NCBI GenBank assembly: GCA_913061155.1
Contig: CAJXSI010000002.1
Location: 1,167-65,166, forward strand
Direction of reading: 5' to 3'
Origin: an uncultured Alphaproteobacteria bacterium
Lineage (GTDB): Bacteria > Pseudomonadota > Alphaproteobacteria > UBA7879 > VGCX01
DNA length: 64,000 bases
Below, one piece after another: positions 10,206 through 19,088 of the stretch. A program made the position numbers and the translations under genes. Within the stretch, counting starts at the first letter, position 1. Each line of letters starts with the position of its first letter. A model generated the notes under the pieces. The model did not search any database and was not told where the DNA came from. It saw only the letters and a list, made by a program, of their open reading frames with translations.

Positions 10206-10964
10206 ATGAAGAAAATTTTAATGTGTACAGCTGCGGCAACCATGCTTGCAGGATCCGCCTTTGCAGATAACGGCGCTTACGTTGGTTTTGGCCTTGGGAA
10301 TACCTTTGCGAATATATCAAATAAAACAAATGCCTCAGCTTATGATGTAGATACAGGCAAAACTGAATATCACTCTTTTGGTAACAGAAGATTAAAAGAT
10401 AAAACAGGAACTACAGGAAAATTATATGCAGGGTATGAATATGAAATGCAAGAATTTTCATTGCTTTTTGAAGGTGGATATACCCTTGATACTTCTGAGG
10501 CTGAATATGGAAATGAAACCAGTGGTGAAAACAATCTGGAATTAGATGGAACACCATCTTCTGTCGGGCCTGATGACAGTGATCCCGTTATTACTTCTAT
10601 GAAGTTAAAAAGAAACCACATTGTTTCTGTTGGAATGGGGATAAAAAAGGAAGTGGCCGCGAAATTTTCTGTAATGGGTGGTTTGGACCTTTTACATAGT
10701 CAATTTAAATTCCAAAGTAAAGGGACGGCTGATTACACGACAGGTGTTAACTCTGTTGTTAAGAAGAAATCTAAGTTTGGACTGGCACCGTGGGTTGGAA
10801 TGTCCTGGGATGCAGGAATTGTTGAAGCAGGATTAAGATATCAATATTCCAGATATCAACAGTTGAAAACTGGCGGGGATTATACTCCAAACAAGTTTAA
10901 CATCGCCAATAAAATCAAACCTGAATACCATACAATTATGGTAACAATTTCAAAGAAAATATAA
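10206..10964 (+). CDS. Outer-membrane beta-barrel-type protein, paralog A. Same family as 23361-24098.
   Basis: SD AAAGGA. Signal peptide …AGSAFA|DNG. About 45% identical to the 23361-24098 product, with shared blocks …YHSFGNRRLK…GKLYAGYE…KFGLAPWVG…AGLRYQYSRYQ…KPEYHTIMVTISKKI. Confidence 0.6.
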   Translation: MKKILMCTAAATMLAGSAFADNGAYVGFGLGNTFANISNKTNASAYDVDTGKTEYHSFGNRRLKDKTGTTGKLYAGYEYEMQEFSLLFEGGYTLDTSEAEYGNETSGENNLELDGTPSSVGPDDSDPVITSMKLKRNHIVSVGMGIKKEVAAKFSVMGGLDLLHSQFKFQSKGTADYTTGVNSVVKKKSKFGLAPWVGMSWDAGIVEAGLRYQYSRYQQLKTGGDYTPNKFNIANKIKPEYHTIMVTISKKI

Positions 10965-10991
10965 ATTTAATAAAAAGTTAAGAGGTTCATT

Positions 10992-12065
10992 ATGAAAAAT
11001 ATAAAAACAATTCTTTTAGGCGCATCGATGCTGATGTCATTAAATTCAATAGCAACACAATACAATAGCTATGATGAATTACCGGCTAAAGCAAAAAGAA
11101 GGGCAATTAAGTGCGCAACTGTAGTTCCAGAATACCAAGGTATTACGCCTGAACAAGTTGCACGCAATTTTGGTTGGATAGTCGGAGAGGCTATTCCTAA
11201 AAATGATGCAGAAGCACGTGAAAGGTTGAGAACAGCTGCCGCCGCAGCAAGAACAGCTGCCGCCGCAGTTGCTGCCGCTGCTCAACCAGTAGCAGGAGCT
11301 CCAGGATCAACAAGATCAGCATTGCGTTCAGCATCTGCAGAATCAGATTCAGAGGACGATGCACAAGCAGGAGCAGGAGCTCCAGGATCATCACGGTCTT
11401 CAGTAGCCTCAGGAGCAGGAGCTCCAGGATCAGCAAGAACAGCAGCCGGCGGTAGAACTCCAGGATCATCACGGCATTCAGCCGCCACAGGTAGGCCAAC
11501 TTTAGCATCACGGCTAGCAGCAGAAGCAGCAGAACCAGATAGCCATGAATCAGGCTACTCTGTTGCAAGGCTTCCTAGTGATTTGGAGGGTATCATTCTT
11601 GACCTTGACGCGGGAAATCCTATAAAAATATGGATGGGAAGTAATTCTATTACGATGGATGATCTAGGCAAAGCCTATGGTAAATTAACAGGTTCGGATA
11701 AAGATAAGCGTGAAAAACTTGCCCAGGTTTTAAATGCATTTGCCGCGGCGAGTGGAACTGAAGGCTTTCTCGAAGATATGCTAAATGCTTGTGCTTGTCT
11801 AGAAGGTGCCGCAGCAGCAGCCGCAGCTCCAGCCGATGAAACTCCAGCAGCCGCCGCTGGCAATGGGACAAAGCCAACATGGGCTACTGTTGTCGCTCCA
11901 CCAGAAGGTGCAGCAGCCGGCGCAGCCGCAGCTCCAGCAGCTTCACCAGCAGCAGCCGCAGCAGCTCCAGCTCCAGCTCCAGCCGATGAAACTCCAGCAG
12001 CTTCAGAAGGTGGTGCAGATGGCGCAGCAGTAGGCGATAGAACTCCAAAAGGAAAAGGAAAATAA
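10992..12065 (+). CDS. Secreted low-complexity, tandem-repeat protein. GC-rich Ala/Gly/Pro/Ser core and a Lys-rich tail.
   Basis: SD AAGAGG. Signal peptide MKNIKTILLGASMLMSLNSIA. Repeats GAGAPGS(x)RS… at nt ~11280-11480 and a duplicated APADETPAA unit (11823-11851 and 11970-11998). Ends …RTPKGKGK. A rho-independent terminator follows. Confidence 0.65.
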   Translation: MKNIKTILLGASMLMSLNSIATQYNSYDELPAKAKRRAIKCATVVPEYQGITPEQVARNFGWIVGEAIPKNDAEARERLRTAAAAARTAAAAVAAAAQPVAGAPGSTRSALRSASAESDSEDDAQAGAGAPGSSRSSVASGAGAPGSARTAAGGRTPGSSRHSAATGRPTLASRLAAEAAEPDSHESGYSVARLPSDLEGIILDLDAGNPIKIWMGSNSITMDDLGKAYGKLTGSDKDKREKLAQVLNAFAAASGTEGFLEDMLNACACLEGAAAAAAAPADETPAAAAGNGTKPTWATVVAPPEGAAAGAAAAPAASPAAAAAAPAPAPADETPAASEGGADGAAVGDRTPKGKGK

Positions 12066-12115
12066 CCGAAAGGTTAATCTACTAATTCTTTAACTAATAT
12101 TGAATAAATAAAAAA

Positions 12116-12138
12116 CCCCGCACACTGCGGGGTTTTTT
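12116..12138 (+). terminator. Rho-independent terminator after 10992-12065
   Basis: ccccgca-cac-tgcgggg followed by TTTTTT. Confidence 0.7.
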
Positions 12139-12159
12139 GCATGACAGGGAAAAATTAGG

Positions 12160-13075
12160 ATTATTCATTAACTTTGCCACAATGGCCTTCCGGCCACTCC
12201 GTCATCGCAAGTAGCCAAAGGATGCGTGGTAATCCATACGCCATCGACCTCCTCCAACTTCGTCGCCCCGCGCTTGATGCGGGGCCCAGGGCGGCAGTCA
12301 TCGGACACAATTTTCGTCATTCTGAATTTAGTTCAGAATCCATGTATCTCTGGCAGGTAAGGTATTTGTGATGAACACCGCTGTGGATTCCGGATCAAGT
12401 CCGGAATGACAATGAAGAAAGATGTCTAAGGTGGACTGGATTCCGGATCAAGTCCGGGAGGACGATACGTATAAGATCACCAGGGTAGAATCATTTGTCA
12501 TTAATCCTATGAGCGGACCTATTTTACTTCGTCGCCCCGTGCTTGACACGGGGTCCAGGGCGGCACTCACCGGATACAACCCGCCTGCTTTTTAGTTTAT
12601 GACTGGATTCCGGATCAAGCCCGGGACGACGATACGTATAAGATCACCGGGGTAGGATCGTTTGTCATTAATCCTATGAGCGGACCTATTTTTATTCGTC
12701 GCCTCGTGTATAGGTTCAGTAATTCGATGGCTATTTTACTTCGTCGCCCCGTGTATAAGTTCAGTAATTCGATGGCTATTTTACTTCGTCGCCCCGTGCT
12801 TGACACGGGGTCCAGGGCGGTATTCACCGGACACAATTTTCGTCATTCTGAATTTAGTTCAGAATCCATGTATCTCTGGCAGGTAAGGTATTTGTGATGA
12901 ACACCGCTGTGGATTCCGGATCAAGTCCGGAATGACAATGAAGAAAGATGCCTAAGGTGGACTGGATCCCGGATCAAGTCCGGGAAGACAATGAAGAAAG
13001 ATGTCTAAGGTAGACTGGGTCCCACGGTCAAGCCGTGGGATGACGGCAAAAAAGAAGTATCAAGGGCTGGGCAGA
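12160..13075. repeat. Dense array of REP/MITE-like elements. Contains ~180-bp direct repeats (12276-12460 and 12792-12975), a 52-bp tandem array (~12698-12830) and many CTTGA-loop hairpins.
   Basis: Hairpins at 12276-12294, 12387-12407, 12440-12458, 12538-12556, 12792-12810, 12912-12932, 12966-12984 and 13020-13040. Near-identical 180-bp blocks. Unit ttcgtcgccYcgtgtataRgttcagtaattcgatggctatttta repeated 2.5×. Confidence 0.75.
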
Positions 13076-13189
13076 CAAAACGAAGACGTCTATGATTTAA
13101 AACCACAAGGAGATGTTAATAACAATTTTCAAGCCACGAGGAGAGAGTGATGAAAACATTAGGGCTACAAGGAGAAGGGGATGAAAACC

Positions 13190-14086
13190 TTAAGAGCGTG
13201 GGTGGGTTTTTGTATAAATCTGTTTTAGTTTTTCCCGGTTAATATCGGTGTAACGTTGGGTGGTGGATAAGGAGGCATGCCCCAATAATTCTTGGATGGT
13301 GCGCAGGTCGCCGTCTGTCTCCAACAAATGGGTGGCAAATGTATGGCGTAATGCGTGGGGTGTTACCGTTTCTGGCAAGCCTATTCTTCGCCGGATATCG
13401 CGAATTTGTTTTTCCGCCACACTGATATTTAACCGTCCCCCCTTTTCTCCGTAAAACAATGGGCCTGAATCAAAAGGGCAAAAACTTATATACTTTTTAA
13501 TGGCACTGGCAACCACTGGCAACACGGGAACCAATCGTTCTTTGTTGCCTTTTCCTTTAATCCGCAAAACTGTATCAGCCATATCTTTTTTATCCAGCGC
13601 CAATGCCTCACTGATACGAAGGCCGCATCCATAAAGCAGTGTAAATAAGGCCAAGTTTCGTCGGTTGATCCAATCATCGCGATCATCTTCTTCGCAGGCA
13701 TCCAACAAATCGATTGCTTGGGATTTTGATAACCCACGCGGAATTGACTTTGGTATTTTGGGGGATCTTATATTTTGAATAATGGGATTGTGAAGAATAT
13801 CTTGACGGTCCAAATATTTATAAAAACTACGTACCACACTTAAGGCCCGGGCAATGGATGATTTGGCCAATTTATTTTCATTCAACTGACCAAGCCAGGC
13901 GCGGAAATCAATCGCCTTTAAACCTTCCAATGTTTTCAGGGTGGGCGCCCCCCCTTGATAGTGGGTGATGAAATTTAAGAATTGATCCAAGTCTTTTGTA
14001 TAGGCCAAAAAAGTATTGGTGGATAATTGGCGTTCTGATTGCACCCATGTTATCCACCTTTTAATGACTTGTTCGATGTTTTGCAT
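13190..14086 (-). CDS. xerC: Tyrosine recombinase XerC. The start is taken at the ATG overlapping the tal stop by 1 nt; the ORF is open to 14122.
   Basis: C-terminal …HALRHTFATHLLETDGDLRTIQELLGHASLSTTQRYT…HPRS catalytic R-H-R-Y region. Confidence 0.8.
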   Translation of the reverse strand: MQNIEQVIKRWITWVQSERQLSTNTFLAYTKDLDQFLNFITHYQGGAPTLKTLEGLKAIDFRAWLGQLNENKLAKSSIARALSVVRSFYKYLDRQDILHNPIIQNIRSPKIPKSIPRGLSKSQAIDLLDACEEDDRDDWINRRNLALFTLLYGCGLRISEALALDKKDMADTVLRIKGKGNKERLVPVLPVVASAIKKYISFCPFDSGPLFYGEKGGRLNISVAEKQIRDIRRRIGLPETVTPHALRHTFATHLLETDGDLRTIQELLGHASLSTTQRYTDINREKLKQIYTKTHPRS

Positions 14087-14748
14087 TAATCCTCGATAAT
14101 TGACTGTCCTGTCGATTGCCAATCTTTCAAAAAGGCATCCAGTCCATTATCTGTTAGGGGATGCTTAACCAATTGCTTGAAAACTTTGGCTGGCAAGGTT
14201 GCCACATCTGCACCAATTTCTGCCACCTGTTTTACGTGCAGTGGATGGCGCAAGGATGCCGCCAAAACTTGGGTGGTGATTTCAGGATAATTATCATAAA
14301 CCTGACAAATTTCTGAAATTAATGTCATGCCTTCCTGGCCAATATCATCCAAGCGTCCAATAAACGGGGAAATAAATGTTGCCCCTGCTTTTGCTGCCAT
14401 CAGGGCTTGCATAGATGAAAAACACAGTGTCACATTGACCAAGATATTTTCTTGGCGCAAACGATAACAGGCCTTTAATCCATCTTCTGTTAGGGGAACT
14501 TTGACACACACATTACTTGCAATTTTGGCCAAATATTTTCCTTCCCGGACCATGCCTTCAACATCAGTTGCCGTAACTTCGGCACTGACAGGACCGTCGA
14601 CAGCTTCGCAAATTTCGGCAATCACATCTTTAATCTTACGGCCTGTTTTGGCAATAATCGAAGGGTTTGTTGTCACCCCATCAACCAGCCCCATTTCTGC
14701 CAATTCTTTAATTTCTTTTACATTTGCGCCATCAACAAAAAACTTCAT
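14086..14748 (-). CDS. tal: Transaldolase / fructose-6-phosphate aldolase (type 3B, ~220 aa)
   Basis: [34 protein letters not shown]… signature N-terminus. Confidence 0.8.
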   Translation of the reverse strand: MKFFVDGANVKEIKELAEMGLVDGVTTNPSIIAKTGRKIKDVIAEICEAVDGPVSAEVTATDVEGMVREGKYLAKIASNVCVKVPLTEDGLKACYRLRQENILVNVTLCFSSMQALMAAKAGATFISPFIGRLDDIGQEGMTLISEICQVYDNYPEITTQVLAASLRHPLHVKQVAEIGADVATLPAKVFKQLVKHPLTDNGLDAFLKDWQSTGQSIIED

Positions 14749-14805
14749 TTATATATCCTTTTGTGTTTGAATTCGTTTACTATATCATACAGAAATATGG
14801 ATCAT

Positions 14806-16779
14806 ATGTCAGATAATTTTGTCAAAATTTTAATTCCGCAAAGAATCGATTTTTCATTAACTTATGGAATACCGAAAGGGATAACTGTGCAAATGGGGCA
14901 GTATGTTAAGGTTCCTTTTCGGGCCAAATCCCAATGGGGTATTGTGTGGGGAATTGATGAAAATCCTGAATTTGACAGAAAAAAGATAAAAGACATTACG
15001 GCTGTTTCGGACCTGCCGCCCATGAACCAAATTAACCGACAGTTTATTGATTGGGTATCAAAATATACGATGTCCCCCATTGGATTGATTGCAAAAATGG
15101 CCATGGGAAATCCTGAGTATTTTGAGAAAATAAAAGAAGGCACAAAGGTCATCCCGAACCTGAATCTTGCGAAATTGGAAGGGGAGCAGAAAAACGCTGC
15201 CGCCCATCTTTCAAAATCTGTATCCGCCAAAAAGTTTGCCCCGATTCTTTTGGAAGGTGTCACAGGATCTGGAAAAACCGAGGTTTATTTTAAAGCCATG
15301 GAAACATGCTTGAATCAAAACCAGCAAACCCTTATTTTACTGCCTGAAATTTCTTTAAGCACCCAGTGGCTGGATCGGTTTAAAAAACGTTTTGGCTTTG
15401 CCCCAATCGTATGGCATTCCGATATTACCAAAGCCCAAAAACGCAATGCTTGGCAGGCCATTATTCAAAACAAAGCCCCTGTTGTTGTGGGCGCCAGGTC
15501 GGCCTTGTTCACCCCGTTTGACAACCTTGGCCTGGTTATTATTGACGAGGAACATGACAGCAGTTTCAAACAAGAAAGTCAGGTGATTTATAACGCCCGG
15601 GACATGGCTATTAAACGGGCCAGTCTTGGTAATTGCCCTGTTGTTTTATCATCCGCCACCCCTTGTGTTGAAACTTTGTATAATGTGGAATCTGGCAAGT
15701 ATGATTCCCTGTTTCTGCCCAATCGACATGGAAAGGCCCAAGTCCCTGCAGTTAGTTTAATCGATATGCGGGAAGAAGACTTAAAGGTAGGATCAAGTTG
15801 GTTATCAAATACATTGATCGAAGAAATAAAACAAACTGTTGCCAAAGACAACCAAACTTTGCTGTTTATGAATCGTCGCGGATATGCCCCTTTGGCTTTG
15901 TGTCGTGCCTGCGGACACCGATTGCAATGCCCAAGTTGTTCATCTTGGTTGGTGTATCACAAACAATCAAACCAAGTGCAATGTCACCACTGTGATTTTC
16001 ATTATACTTTGCCCAATACCTGTGAAAATTGTGATGAATCAAATTCCTTTATTTTATACGGTCCAGGGGTTGAACGCATTGCTGAAGAATTGGCAGAAAA
16101 ATTACCAGGCGTTCCCTTTGAAATCATTTCAAGTGATCTGTTGACTACCCCCAAAAAAATGCGCGAAGCCTTTGATCGAATTGAACAAGGGAAAGTTAAA
16201 ATTGTCATTGGCACCCAAATCATGGCAAAAGGCCATCACTTTCCTAACCTAACTTTGGTCGGTGTCTTGGATGCAGACCTTGGATTGGTTGGCGGGGATT
16301 TGCGTGCCGCAGAAAGAACCTTTCAATTACTGCATCAAGTTTCTGGTCGGGCTGGGCGGGCCGAACAACCTGGAAAAGTTTTATTGCAAACCTACAGTCC
16401 AAATAATGAAATGATGCAGATTTTACAACAGCAAAATTACAAAGCCTTCGTTGAAATTGAAAAACAAAATCGGGCCGAAATTGGGTTGCCGCCTTATGGC
16501 CATCTTGGGGCCATTATTATTTCGGCAAGGTCAACTGATGCAGGGGAATTATTTTGCCGGAAATTAAGCCAATCTATTCCCAAACACGATTCAATTTCTG
16601 TTTTCGGGCCGTCACCTGCCCCCATGTTCCAATTAAAAGGTTGGTATCGTTGGCGCTTTTTAATCAAAGGATCCAAGTCTGATAAAATTCAGCCTTATAT
16701 TGATTCTTGGGTTTCAAAAATTCAAGTACCGTCCACCTTAAAAATGCAAATTGATATTGATCCTTATTCCTTTATGTAG
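14806..16779 (+). CDS. priA: Primosomal protein N' (PriA helicase). The ORF is open from a TTG at 14761; an ATG at 14806 is the likely start.
   Basis: Walker A …LEGVTGSGKTEVY…, DEEH box (…VIIDEEHDSS…) and a Cys-rich zinc region (…CRACGHRLQCPSCSSWLVYH…CHHCDF…CENCDE…). Confidence 0.85.
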   Translation: MSDNFVKILIPQRIDFSLTYGIPKGITVQMGQYVKVPFRAKSQWGIVWGIDENPEFDRKKIKDITAVSDLPPMNQINRQFIDWVSKYTMSPIGLIAKMAMGNPEYFEKIKEGTKVIPNLNLAKLEGEQKNAAAHLSKSVSAKKFAPILLEGVTGSGKTEVYFKAMETCLNQNQQTLILLPEISLSTQWLDRFKKRFGFAPIVWHSDITKAQKRNAWQAIIQNKAPVVVGARSALFTPFDNLGLVIIDEEHDSSFKQESQVIYNARDMAIKRASLGNCPVVLSSATPCVETLYNVESGKYDSLFLPNRHGKAQVPAVSLIDMREEDLKVGSSWLSNTLIEEIKQTVAKDNQTLLFMNRRGYAPLALCRACGHRLQCPSCSSWLVYHKQSNQVQCHHCDFHYTLPNTCENCDESNSFILYGPGVERIAEELAEKLPGVPFEIISSDLLTTPKKMREAFDRIEQGKVKIVIGTQIMAKGHHFPNLTLVGVLDADLGLVGGDLRAAERTFQLLHQVSGRAGRAEQPGKVLLQTYSPNNEMMQILQQQNYKAFVEIEKQNRAEIGLPPYGHLGAIIISARSTDAGELFCRKLSQSIPKHDSISVFGPSPAPMFQLKGWYRWRFLIKGSKSDKIQPYIDSWVSKIQVPSTLKMQIDIDPYSFM

Positions 16780-16845
16780 GGGGTTTATTATCCTTGCCCC
16801 TTGTCAGGAAATAAGGTAAATTTTATGTAATTAAGGGAATACCTC

Positions 16846-17793
16846 ATGAATCGTATTTTTTACGCACTTATTATAATTTTACAGCTTCTTCCCAACGTTT
16901 TATTGGCAGAAGATCAGCCCTCTGAATACACCAATCCTGAAAAAATCCGGGCGGATCTGGATCGTCTTGAACAATATGTTCACAAGAAACTGGGGTTAAA
17001 TGATTTGGAACAACCAACCGGATTGCCGAAACCTGAAGCTGCTGAAAAAACAGCGTCTATTTATGAAAAAGGTGACCTGTCCCACCTTCATTCAAAACTG
17101 GACGATCAAAATACTTTGGTTGCGAATCTGATGGATCGTATTGAAAGATTAGAACATCAAGATGATATTTTTGGCCAGTCAACCCAAAAGAAAAATAATG
17201 AAATTGACCAGTTGAAAGAACACTTTGCGGCCCTGCAAGGTCAATTGGATGTTGCCCTTTTAGAAATTGAAAAATTAAAAAAATCTGGGGAAACTGCCCC
17301 AAAAGAAAAAGAAGATTCAAAGAAAAAATCTGAAGATACCCCTACGGAAAAGATCGCCCCTAAACCTGTTGAAGAAAATAAAAATGTTGATTTGGATGGA
17401 AAGTCCCCGGAAGAAATTTTCGACCTGGGGGAAAAAACTCTTAAGGCCGCAGATTATCAAACAGCCCAAAATATCTTTGATCAATACGTGGAATTGGATG
17501 GGGATAAATCTTCAAAATCAAAAGCCCATTATTATCTGGGGGAAATTTGTAATTTAACAAAACAGCCTGCCAAAGCATCCGAGCATTACCTGAAATCTTT
17601 CCAGTTAGATACTTCTGGGGATCATGCCGCAGAAAGTTTGGTGAAACTTGGCATTACTTTGCATGACGGCGGAAAGGCCAAAGCTGGTTGTGCCGCCCTT
17701 AAAAAAGCAAAAACCGAATATCCGGAAATGACAAGTTCTTCAAGATCTTTATTAGATGCTAAAATCAAGGAATTTAAGTGCCAAACAAGTTAA
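16846..17793 (+). CDS. cpoB: Tol-Pal system protein CpoB/YbgF. Signal peptide, coiled coil, C-terminal TPR.
   Basis: Signal peptide, long coiled coil (…LEHQDDIFG…QLKEHFAALQGQLD…), C-terminal TPR-like …AHYYLGEICNLTKQPAKASEHYLKSF…. The ybgF-tilS-ftsH synteny is conserved in alphaproteobacteria. Confidence 0.65.
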   Translation: MNRIFYALIIILQLLPNVLLAEDQPSEYTNPEKIRADLDRLEQYVHKKLGLNDLEQPTGLPKPEAAEKTASIYEKGDLSHLHSKLDDQNTLVANLMDRIERLEHQDDIFGQSTQKKNNEIDQLKEHFAALQGQLDVALLEIEKLKKSGETAPKEKEDSKKKSEDTPTEKIAPKPVEENKNVDLDGKSPEEIFDLGEKTLKAADYQTAQNIFDQYVELDGDKSSKSKAHYYLGEICNLTKQPAKASEHYLKSFQLDTSGDHAAESLVKLGITLHDGGKAKAGCAALKKAKTEYPEMTSSSRSLLDAKIKEFKCQTS

Positions 17794-19088
17794 GGCTGGA
17801 AACCACTTTACAGAATTTCTTAAACGGCATAACTTTCACGGCAGATTGCAAAATTGCCATCGCTGTTTCAGGGGGGGCTGACAGTTTGGCCCTGGCTTTT
17901 TCATTGAAATCTTTCGAAAAACAATACGGATACAGATTGATTGCTTTGCATGTTAATCACAAATTACGTGCCGAGGCATCGACAGAGGCCACCCAGGTAA
18001 AACAATGGATGAATGCCGCCGGAATTCCTTGTTATATTCTTGAATGGGAACATGCGGGCATTTCAACCAAGATCCAAGAACAAGCCCGCGATGCGCGATA
18101 TAACTTGATATCAACTGTTTGCAAAGACCAAAATATTAAAGGGGTTTTCCTTGGCCATCATAAAGAAGATCAATATGAAACCATTTTATATCGTCTAAGC
18201 TGTGCAACAGGGCCTGATGGTTTGGCAGGGATTCCCCCCATTTCAATCAAGCAAAATATTCCTTATTTAAGGCCGTACCTACCTTTGTATAAAAAGGATC
18301 TGGTCGACTATTTGGAAAATCATCCGTTTATTCAAGATCCCAGCAATGCCAATCTTAAGTATACACGGGTAAAATTTCGCCAAGAAACTGACCATCTGGC
18401 ACAGCTGGGTTTGACCATTGATACCCTTGTTGATGTGGCGGGTAAGGCAGCCCAAAATCGATTGTTTATTGAAGGTCTTGTTGATAAGGCTTCTGTGAAA
18501 TATACCCAGATTAATCCTTTGGGTTACGCCACTTTGGACCCTGCCTTATTTAAAGAAACTAATTTTGAAATCCAGTATCGACTTTTAAATAATTTGCTGA
18601 TGAAAATTGGGGGGAATACCAGTCCTCTTCGCCAGAAAAACTTGAAAGAATTTCTTGAGAAATGCCATAAAAATACTGCATTTAAAGGCGAAAGCATTGG
18701 AAATTGTTTAATTCGTCCCTATAAAAAAGAATGGCTAATTATCCGCGAACCTGAAAAAATTTCAGATAAAAAACCAGTGGGTAATCTTATTTTTTGGGAC
18801 AACCGTTTTATAATTTCAGGGCTTGAAAAGAATGAAAACCATTTCGTCGCAGCCCTTGGTGGGAATTGGGAAAATTATAAAAAAGTTTTTTCTGATATTG
18901 CCCAACTTCCCAGTTATTTTTGGCAGACAATTCCTGCCATATATGGTAAAAATGGTATAGTTTTAGAAATAATACTGCAAGACAGAGGAAATTCAGATAG
19001 TCTGACCAAGGGCTTTGACATAGAATTCTTCCCTTACTGCATGCAACATAAATCAATTTTTGATTTAACGAAAAGGATCACTTTATGA
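17778..19088 (+). CDS. tilS: tRNA(Ile)-lysidine synthetase
   Basis: PP-loop …IAVSGGADSLALAF…. Overlaps cpoB by 16 nt and ftsH by 4 nt. Confidence 0.8.
   Translation: MPNKLRLETTLQNFLNGITFTADCKIAIAVSGGADSLALAFSLKSFEKQYGYRLIALHVNHKLRAEASTEATQVKQWMNAAGIPCYILEWEHAGISTKIQEQARDARYNLISTVCKDQNIKGVFLGHHKEDQYETILYRLSCATGPDGLAGIPPISIKQNIPYLRPYLPLYKKDLVDYLENHPFIQDPSNANLKYTRVKFRQETDHLAQLGLTIDTLVDVAGKAAQNRLFIEGLVDKASVKYTQINPLGYATLDPALFKETNFEIQYRLLNNLLMKIGGNTSPLRQKNLKEFLEKCHKNTAFKGESIGNCLIRPYKKEWLIIREPEKISDKKPVGNLIFWDNRFIISGLEKNENHFVAALGGNWENYKKVFSDIAQLPSYFWQTIPAIYGKNGIVLEIILQDRGNSDSLTKGFDIEFFPYCMQHKSIFDLTKRITL

Noticed and set aside
11197-12033. Antisense Leu-rich ORF 11197-11568(-) and the Gln-rich ORF 11806-12033(+) in another frame
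   Set aside because: They are artefacts of the GC-rich tandem repeats of the 10992-12065 gene, which has a signal peptide, an SD and a terminator. The alternative frames are low-complexity only.
10992-12065. Calling the GAPGS-repeat protein collagen-like
   Set aside because: The repeats do not keep a strict G-X-Y triplet periodicity. It is better described as a generic low-complexity Ala/Gly/Pro/Ser region.
12174-12897. ORF-track entries 12174-12371(+), 12676-12897(+) and 12615-12836(-) as protein-coding genes
   Set aside because: They lie entirely within REP/MITE-like repeats and share identical repeat-derived C-termini (…GHNFRHSEFSSESMYLWQVRYL). Each contains internal tandem duplication. 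No SD is present. They are most likely non-coding repeat sequence.
13190-14086. The two tyrosine recombinases (13190-14086 and 54218-55114) as phage or ICE integrases
   Set aside because: Their C-terminal motifs match chromosomal XerC (…HPRS) and XerD (…HHP…). Neither is associated with phage genes. The repeat cluster next to xerC looks like MITE/REP elements, not att sites.
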